DNA of 64,000 nucleotides from Escherichia coli (GTDB lineage Bacteria; Pseudomonadota; Gammaproteobacteria; Enterobacterales; Enterobacteriaceae): NCBI RefSeq assembly GCF_029227855.1, contig NZ_CP074356.1; one strand, 5' to 3'. Shown piece by piece: positions 57,508 to 64,000 of this stretch (position 1 is its first letter; each line of letters starts with the position of its first letter). The notes under the pieces were generated by a model. It saw only the letters and a program-made list of their open reading frames with translations, ran no database searches and was not told where the DNA came from. The position numbers and the translations under genes were made by a program.

Positions 57508-57766
57508 GCACGACTGGCGCGCCAATATCCGGCAAACCAAAAGTATGGGTTGTTGTCTGGCGGCAACGATGTATCCACTCGCCCACTGACTGTTTTTTAC
57601 GTCAGTGTTCCATTGTGTGACAACCACAGTGCTGTAACAGCAACCAGCCTGCTTTACCCAAACTCCAGTCCAGATTTTAACTGAACCGCCATTCACACCC
57701 TGACCACGCTGCCCGTACCGGGACGGCTGTTGCCTGCGTGTCGTCTGGCGGCTAAGGAATATGACT

Positions 57767-58168
57767 ATGTACGCAAAATCCTTTATCGCTCTTGATGGCA
57801 ACGGACGTCTGACGGGCGCCCGTACTGCACAGGACGCACCTTATGCTAACTACACCTGCCACTTGTGTGGCAGTGCACTCAGATACCATCCGCAATACGA
57901 CACTGAACTTCCCTGGTTTGAACACACTGACGACAGGCTGACAGAGCACGGTCAACAGTGCCCTTATGTCAGGCCGGAGCGCAGAGAAATACAGTTGATT
58001 AAACGTCTGCAGCAATTCGTATCGGATGCCTTACCCGTGGTGCGTAAAGCCAGCTGGCACTGCAGACAATGTCACCACGATTATTATGGGGAGCAGTACT
58101 GCACACACTGCCAGACCGGAGGATTCAGTATTCCCCGGACAACTCAGGAGGAAATATGCGAATTCTGA
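57767..58168 (+). CDS. Cys-rich zinc-ribbon protein (paralog 1)
   Basis: CHLCGS...QQCPY...WHCRQCHHDYYGEQYCTHCQTG; contains a PWFEH motif. Confidence 0.5.
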   Translation: MYAKSFIALDGNGRLTGARTAQDAPYANYTCHLCGSALRYHPQYDTELPWFEHTDDRLTEHGQQCPYVRPERREIQLIKRLQQFVSDALPVVRKASWHCRQCHHDYYGEQYCTHCQTGGFSIPRTTQEEICEF

Positions 58169-58590
58169 ACTGTTATATGGCGAATGACAGCAAAGGCCAT
58201 TTTGTTACGGCGAAAGAAGCTGCGAAGCACAACCGACAGGACGTTTTGTGCTGTGTGTCCTGTGGATGCCCGTTAACACTTCAGCGGGGCAATGACGGAC
58301 AACCACCGTGGTTTGAACATGACCAGATGACTGTCGCTGAAAAAATCCTGCTGCGATGTACCTGGCTTGACCCGGCGGAGAAAGAGGCCCGTCGTTTGCA
58401 TCTGCAGGGCATGACGGTTCCGGATTATACGGTGAAGGTGAGAAAGTGGTTTTGTGTGATGTGTGACGAAGATTATGAGGGGGAAAAGTGCTGCCCACGC
58501 TGCGGTACCGGGGTATACAGCAGGGCGTGGGGGCGGCAGGAGGTGCCGTCGGAAGATGCCAGGGCTGATAATCCGTTACAGAGGCTGTAA
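58156..58590 (+). CDS. Cys-rich zinc-ribbon protein (paralog 2)
   Basis: AGGAGG Shine-Dalgarno; CCVSCGC...PPWFEH...WFCVMCDEDYEGEKCCPRCGTG; same architecture as the upstream gene. Confidence 0.5.
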   Translation: MRILNCYMANDSKGHFVTAKEAAKHNRQDVLCCVSCGCPLTLQRGNDGQPPWFEHDQMTVAEKILLRCTWLDPAEKEARRLHLQGMTVPDYTVKVRKWFCVMCDEDYEGEKCCPRCGTGVYSRAWGRQEVPSEDARADNPLQRL

Positions 58591-58944
58591 TGGTTGCCTC
58601 CGGAGCAGTTTGCGGTGATGCCTTTCCCGGGAATGGATTGCCAGTGCGGGGACTGTGGAGCTTAATTCCGGTGTTGGTGGCCTTTCCGTTGATTTTATGC
58701 CAACAGCCCCCTGTGACTGACAGGCTGCCTCGTCATTCCATTCGTATCTCCAGTAACAGGGGGTTGTATTGTATTTTATTGTGCCGGTTCAGGTGTGCGT
58801 TTCCCGGCGCGTCTGCACCGGCTTAACCAAATTCAACAGGGATAAAATAGTGGTAAGCGTACAGCCTGAACCGTCTGGTCAGAATCTGACGAATTAGACA
58901 AAGTGGTGTCCACCAAATAAGTAGTGGGAACCAAAGTGTCAGAT

Positions 58945-59325
58945 ATGCAGAAAAATGTGACTCCCGGCAGGTGAAAAGGCTGCCCTAATTATCCTCCCGA
59001 ATTTAAACAGCAGCTCGTTGCTGCCTCCTGTGAACCCGGGATATCCATCTCAAAACTTGCTCTTGAAAATGGCATTAACGCCAATCTGTTGTTCAAATGG
59101 CGACAACAATGGCGCGAGGGAAAGCTGCTATTACCTTCTTCAGAGAGCCCCCAGCTACTTCCTGTGACTCCCGATGCAGCTGCCGAACAGCCAGAATCGC
59201 TCGCAGAGGACCCGGAAACCCTCAGTATCAGCTGTGAGGTAACGTTCCGGCACGGGACGCTCCGCTTCAATGGCAATGTCAGCGAAAAGCTCCTGACTCT
59301 GCTGATACAGGAACTGAAGCGATGA
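58945..59325 (+). pseudogene. IS66 tnpA-like ORF lacking an in-frame start
   Basis: Frame encoding ...PEFKQQLVAASCEPGISISKLALENGINANLLFKWRQQWREGKLL is preceded by an in-frame TGA just after ATGCAGAAAAATGTGACTCCCGGCAGG. Confidence 0.45.
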
Positions 59326-59669
59326 TCCCGTTACCTTCCGGGACCAAAATTTGGCTGGTTGCCGGTATCACCGATATGAGAAATGGCTTCAACGGCCTGG
59401 CTGCGAAAGTACAGACGGCGCTGAAAGACGATCCCATGTCCGGCCATGTTTTCATTTTCCGGGGCCGCAGCGGCAGTCAGGTTAAACTGCTGTGGTCCAC
59501 CGGTGACGGACTGTGCCTCCTGACCAAACGGCTGGAGCGTGGGCGCTTCGCCTGGCCGTCAGCCCGTGATGGCAAAGTGTTCCTTACGCAGGCGCAGCTG
59601 GCGATGCTGCTGGAAGGTATCGACTGGCGACAGCCCAAGCGGCTGCTGACCTCCCTGACCATGCTGTAA
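59322..59669 (+). CDS. tnpB: IS66 TnpB (Orf2)
   Basis: MIPLPSGTKIWLVAGITDMRNGFNGLAAKVQTALKDDPMSGHVFIFRGRSG... Confidence 0.85.
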   Translation: MIPLPSGTKIWLVAGITDMRNGFNGLAAKVQTALKDDPMSGHVFIFRGRSGSQVKLLWSTGDGLCLLTKRLERGRFAWPSARDGKVFLTQAQLAMLLEGIDWRQPKRLLTSLTML

Positions 59670-59718
59670 ATCTCTTTATCCTGGTTGTCACAGAATAAGC
59701 CCGGTAAAATACGGGCTT

Positions 59719-61103
59719 ATGAACGAAATCTCTTCTGACGACATCTTCCTGCTGAAACAGCGCCTGGCCGAACAGGAAGCGCTGATCCACGCCCTGCAGG
59801 AAAAGCTGAGCAACCGGGAGCGCGAAATAGACATCTGCAGGCGCAGCTGGATAAACTCCGCCGGATGAACTTCGGCAGTCGTTCCGAAAAAGTCTCCCGC
59901 CGTATCGCACAAATGGAAGCCGATCTGAACCGGCTTCAGAAAGAGAGCGATACGCTGACTGGTAGGGTGTATGACCCGGCAGTACAGCGTCCGTTGCGTC
60001 AGACCCGCACCCGTAAGCCGTTCCCTGAATCACTACCCCGTGACGAAAAGCGACTGTTGCCTGCGGCGCCGTGCTGCCCGAACTGCGGCGGTTCACTGAG
60101 CTATCTGGGCGAGGATACCGCCGAACAGCTGGAGTTGATGCGTAGCGCCTTCCGGGTTATCCGGACGGTACGGGAAAAACATGCCTGTACTCAGTGCGAT
60201 GCCATCGTGCAGGCACCTGCACCTTCGCGGCCCATCGAGCGGGGTATCGCCGGACCGGGGCTGCTGGCCCGCGTGCTGACCTCGAAGTATGCAGAGCACA
60301 CCCCGCTGTATTGCCAGTCAGAAATATACGGCCGGCAAGGTGTGGAGCTGAGCCGTTCACTGCTGTCGGGCTGGGTGGATGCATGCTGCCGGCTGCTGTC
60401 TCCGCTGGAAGAGGCGCTTCATGGCTATGTCATGACTGACGGCAAACTCCATGCCGATGATACCCCGGTCCAGGTACTGCTGCCGGGTAATAAGAAGACG
60501 AAGACCGGGCGGTTGTGGGCGTATGTTCGTGATGACCGCAATGCCGGGTCAGCGTTGGCACCTGCAGTGAGGTTCGCTTACAGCCCAGACAGAAAAGGCA
60601 TCCATCCGCAGACTCATCTTGCTTGCTTCAGCGGTGTGCTGCAAGCGGATGCGTACGCCGGGTTCAACGAGCTGTATCGCAATGGTGGGATAACGGAAGC
60701 TGCCTGCTGGGCTCATGCCCGCCGAAAGATCCACGATGTGCACGTCCGCATCCCGTCAGCACTGACGGAAGAAGCCCTGGAGCAGATCGGTCAGTTGTAC
60801 GCCATAGAGGCGGATATAAGGGGAATGCCGGCAGAGCAGCGGCTTGCTGAACGTCAGCGAAAAACGAAACCGCTGTTGAAATCCCTGGAAAGCTGGTTGC
60901 GTGAAAAGATGAAGACCCTGTTCTTCGGCTCTGGCCATGGTGGTGAGCGGGGAGCGCTACTGTACAGCCTGATCGGGACGTGCAAACTGAATGACGTGGA
61001 TCCAGAAAGCTACCTTCGCCATGTGCCTGGCGTCATAGCAGACTGGCCGGTCAACCGGGTCAGCGAACTGCTTCCGTGGCGCATAGCACTGCCAGCTGAA
61101 TAA
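59719..61103 (+). pseudogene. tnpC: IS66 transposase TnpC, frameshifted
   Basis: N-terminal frame from ATG 59719 (MNEISSDDIFLLKQRLAEQEALIHALQEKLSNRERE) stops at 59866; the body continues in another frame (59865-61103); the region before FFGSGHGGERGALLYSLIGTCKLNDVDPESY appears shortened. Confidence 0.8.
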
Positions 61104-61341
61104 CACATCCCCGTCAATACGGCCCTCGCTGTACGCTTACTTTTGTTCGGACTGCTTATGGCCTTTTTCCACTGGTGGCGCAGGAAAGTTAACCGGCTGC
61201 CACCATGGGATGACGTGTAAACCGTGCAGGCATGTTTTCACGTGGTGACGCTTTCATTGGGGGTCTACGCCGGAACCCCAATATTGTTCACATACATGAA
61301 TTTGAAAAACTAAGCGATACTGCTGTCCGTACCTTATAAAC

Positions 61342-62700
61342 TTATTTCAACGCTTCCGGCAGCGTCACAATCCACAGTTCACTGTCAGACTCCGGTTTCT
61401 CCAGTGGCTTCACTCTGAGGGTCGTTTCAACCTGCTTGTCGTCAAGCGTCAGCTTTCCTTCCGCGTTCACCCGATAATCCTTGAATGTCTTGCCCTCGAC
61501 CGGATGTTGCATCGCCACCTTCACGCCAAAGTCGTTATCGTTCGCCACCGCCAGCGTTTTGCTGTCGATCAGCGCCAACCCTTCAGCCTTCTCCTGCTGC
61601 CAGCCCAAGGAGCGCAGATCAACAACCTGCGTTTTCTGCGCAAGGGTAATGCCGCGCTGTGACAGGGTTTTCTCATCATCAAACTCCGGATACTCACCCG
61701 GCTTGTCGAAGCCTGACAGGTCGCTCGCCTTATTGAGATCGACCTCGTAAATCAGGTTACGCATTCTGTTGTTTTTATCTCTTCCCTGTTCGATCAGCAG
61801 GATGTGCTGGTTATCGAGCGCCACGATGTCTCCGATTTTAGCGTCGCTGTTTTTGCTGTAGGCCGCGCTGTCGATGGGATAACCGTACATCGCGGTTTTT
61901 CCGCTTGCCGGATCGAAGCTCACCAGACGCGTAAACAGCGCCTTTTTCTTGCTCTTAGCGTCGATATCCAGCGTACTTTGCACGGCGACAATAATACGCC
62001 CGTCCGGCATACGGGTGAGGCCTTCAAAGCCGCGGTTCGCCTGACGCCATTTGAGGATATTTGGCAAACCGCCCGCAATCGCTTTTTCCTCTTCCGCCGC
62101 CTGCGGACCGTGGATTGCCAGGATTTTCCCTTTACTGTCGATGTTAATCAGGAACGGGCCATACTCATCGCACAGCCAGTAACCTCCTTTACCATCCGGA
62201 GTGATCCCTTCCGTATCCAGCCCGCGATTATCCCCCTTCAGTCTATGTAACGTGTCGCTGAAGGCCACTTCATTGGTGGAGCCAATCACGTCGCTTGCCA
62301 GCGGCAGACCGTTGATCGCGCCTTTATCGTCATGCAGAGGACGGGGATCGATGGCCTCCGCTTTGCCGTTTTGTACACGAATCGTCATCAGCAGCGGCGC
62401 GAAATCTGGCGTAACGAAAATTTTAGTTTCGTTTTTCCCCTCTTTCGGTGAATCCGCGTTCGGACCGCGATCGGTAATGGTTGCGAATGTCAGGGCATCG
62501 CCCTGTTTACCGGTGAACAGCAGGCCAGAACCTATCCCAACCGGAAGGCCGTTCGGGAATGCACTGGCAAATGCGCCGGCGTAGTTCACGTGCGTGCCTT
62601 CTGGAAAACTGACGACATAGCGCTCAGCCGTAGGTTGTGCCGCCAGGGCAGAGAAAGAGAGCGTACAACCGATTAGCACGGGAATAATTTTTCTTTTCAT
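61342..62700 (-). CDS. Secreted hypothetical protein, possibly phytase-like esterase family
   Basis: Start probably MKRKIIPVLIGCTLSFSALAA (signal peptide); family assignment is from overall sequence impression only. Confidence 0.5.
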   Translation of the reverse strand: MKRKIIPVLIGCTLSFSALAAQPTAERYVVSFPEGTHVNYAGAFASAFPNGLPVGIGSGLLFTGKQGDALTFATITDRGPNADSPKEGKNETKIFVTPDFAPLLMTIRVQNGKAEAIDPRPLHDDKGAINGLPLASDVIGSTNEVAFSDTLHRLKGDNRGLDTEGITPDGKGGYWLCDEYGPFLINIDSKGKILAIHGPQAAEEEKAIAGGLPNILKWRQANRGFEGLTRMPDGRIIVAVQSTLDIDAKSKKKALFTRLVSFDPASGKTAMYGYPIDSAAYSKNSDAKIGDIVALDNQHILLIEQGRDKNNRMRNLIYEVDLNKASDLSGFDKPGEYPEFDDEKTLSQRGITLAQKTQVVDLRSLGWQQEKAEGLALIDSKTLAVANDNDFGVKVAMQHPVEGKTFKDYRVNAEGKLTLDDKQVETTLRVKPLEKPESDSELWIVTLPEALK

Positions 62701-62963
62701 ATTGTTAGCATCCATAAAGTGAAGATCACACTACACCATAAAGAAGAAACGAGTCAGGAAAATGACATCGAATGGCAACATGCGCGGGCCTGAGGCCAAA
62801 GAAATGTAAAACACTGTTGTTATTTGTAACAACGGAAACATTTACGGAAATTATTTGTCTTTCTTCGTGATCAAAAATGCTGTGTCTTGTTGGATTGGAG
62901 TGATGAGGGCTGCGTTTAGGAAACGCCCTATATTGTACGGTTGCATTATCGCGGTAGGGGTAA

Positions 62964-63113
62964 TGCACGTGTCAGTATGATGAGCTGACCACACTCACGT
63001 GGGTGGACTGGTATAACAATCGACGATTGCTGGAAAGGCAGGGCCATATCCCACCGGCAGAAGCAGAAAAAGCTTATTATGCTTCCATCGGAAACGATGA
63101 TCTGGCAGCCTGA
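62964..63113 (+). mobile_element. 3' remnant of a DDE transposase gene (IS3-like)
   Basis: Open frame encodes only ...ELTTLTWVDWYNNRRLLERQGHIPPAEAEKAYYASIGNDDLAA*, which resembles a transposase C-terminus; no start or upstream domains. Confidence 0.4.
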
Positions 63114-63450
63114 GTTCACAGATAAAACACTCTCCAGGAAACCCGGGGCGGTTCACTTAGCCGCGTGTCCATTATTGCTGGATAAGATCATAACGATACA
63201 CCGGGTTAAACAGGTGGTCACTGCTTCACTGAAGCTGCGTGATTATGATGGTCAGGTAGCAGAAGCTATGCCCATGATACCAAAATGACGAAAGCCGAAA
63301 TGTCTGAAAGCGTGTGTATTACCTGAAAATATGACCGGCTCCGGGGTACGTAACCGATTCAACAAAGCCAATCGATATTACAAAACGAGAGGGACTATAT
63401 ATTTCGTTTTCAGATAAGACTCCTTGAGAGATTATCTTTTATGTAAAATC

Positions 63451-63744
63451 TCAAATATCACCTGATGTAATGTCAATGATAATATTAAGTGCGCTCTGAA
63501 CAACATCTTTCTTGGTGTGATTAACATCTGACAAAAAGAACATCAGCTTCTTTATTATGTTCTTGTTGTTTATTATTTCACGCTCACAGAATAAAGCGTT
63601 GACTGCCTCTTCTATGACATTTCTCTCGTAAAAAAATTGAGAGTTAGCTTCATATAAAATATTGGCCAATTTTTCACCAAAAACCATATTATAATAATCA
63701 CTGTGCATCTTTCTCCCCCAGGGTTCAGTCAATAATTTTACCAT
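63451..63744 (-). CDS. Hypothetical AT-rich ORF
   Basis: 97-aa ORF in a very AT-rich stretch at the window end; ORF length only. Confidence 0.25.
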   Translation of the reverse strand: MVKLLTEPWGRKMHSDYYNMVFGEKLANILYEANSQFFYERNVIEEAVNALFCEREIINNKNIIKKLMFFLSDVNHTKKDVVQSALNIIIDITSGDI

Positions 63745-64000
63745 GCCTAATTATGACAGGTGTAACAAGCATATTTTGCTATATAAATAAAATACATAAT
63801 ACTGATTATTGTAAGAACAGGAAGCAGACTAATGTTTTTTTTTGTGAGCACATTCCTTCTTATGTAGGAAGAGGCTGTATTATATTAAGTCAACTCTTTT
63901 TTACTAAAAACATTATCTATGCCATCAAAGTTGCCTGCTAGCTAATTTTTAGGATATCGCCTTGTCGTGGATTATGCACTCTAAACATGTAGAAGGTATT

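Larger units (their letters stand above)
58853..61150 (+). mobile_element. IS66-family insertion sequence, degraded
   Basis: Inverted termini gtaagcgtacagc ... gctgtacgcttac; contains tnpA-like, tnpB and an interrupted tnpC. Confidence 0.8.

Overview
This window is an Escherichia coli-type chromosome segment matching the K-12 btsT-yjiA ... uxuRBA-gntP-fimHGF ... nanCMS neighbourhood, read in the opposite orientation to the K-12 map (gene order recalled from memory, not aligned). Three parts are accessory or rearranged. (1) Between yjiA and mdtM, where K-12 carries the mrr-hsdRMS-mcrBC immigration control region, there is only a BrnT/BrnA-like toxin-antitoxin pair and an IS1 copy (3983-4749). 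(2) A second IS1 (26573-27331) truncates fimD; fimB, fimE, fimA, fimI, fimC and the 5' part of fimD are absent, leaving fimF-fimG-fimH orphaned. (3) Between nanS and the end of the window lies horizontally acquired DNA: an HNH endonuclease gene, then a tightly coupled minus-strand operon (33334-42750) encoding an SNF2-family helicase, a large beta-class N6-adenine/N4-cytosine-type methyltransferase split by a frameshift in an A6 run, and an SF2 helicase with a C-terminal PD-(D/E)xK-like motif. A tRNA-Leu (leuX) 3'-end remnant at 43140-43162 separates this block from a CP4-type island (Ag43, CbtA/CbeA, RadC, antirestriction, YeeP-like GTPase, AlpA), followed by a degraded IS66-family element and an IS3-like transposase remnant. 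The helicase-methyltransferase-helicase/nuclease operon is the best candidate for an undescribed or poorly characterised defence system; it resembles a Type III R-M module with an added SNF2 helicase but fits neither DISARM nor BREX as I recall them. All calls rest on reading the supplied ORF translations and sequence; no database search was run.
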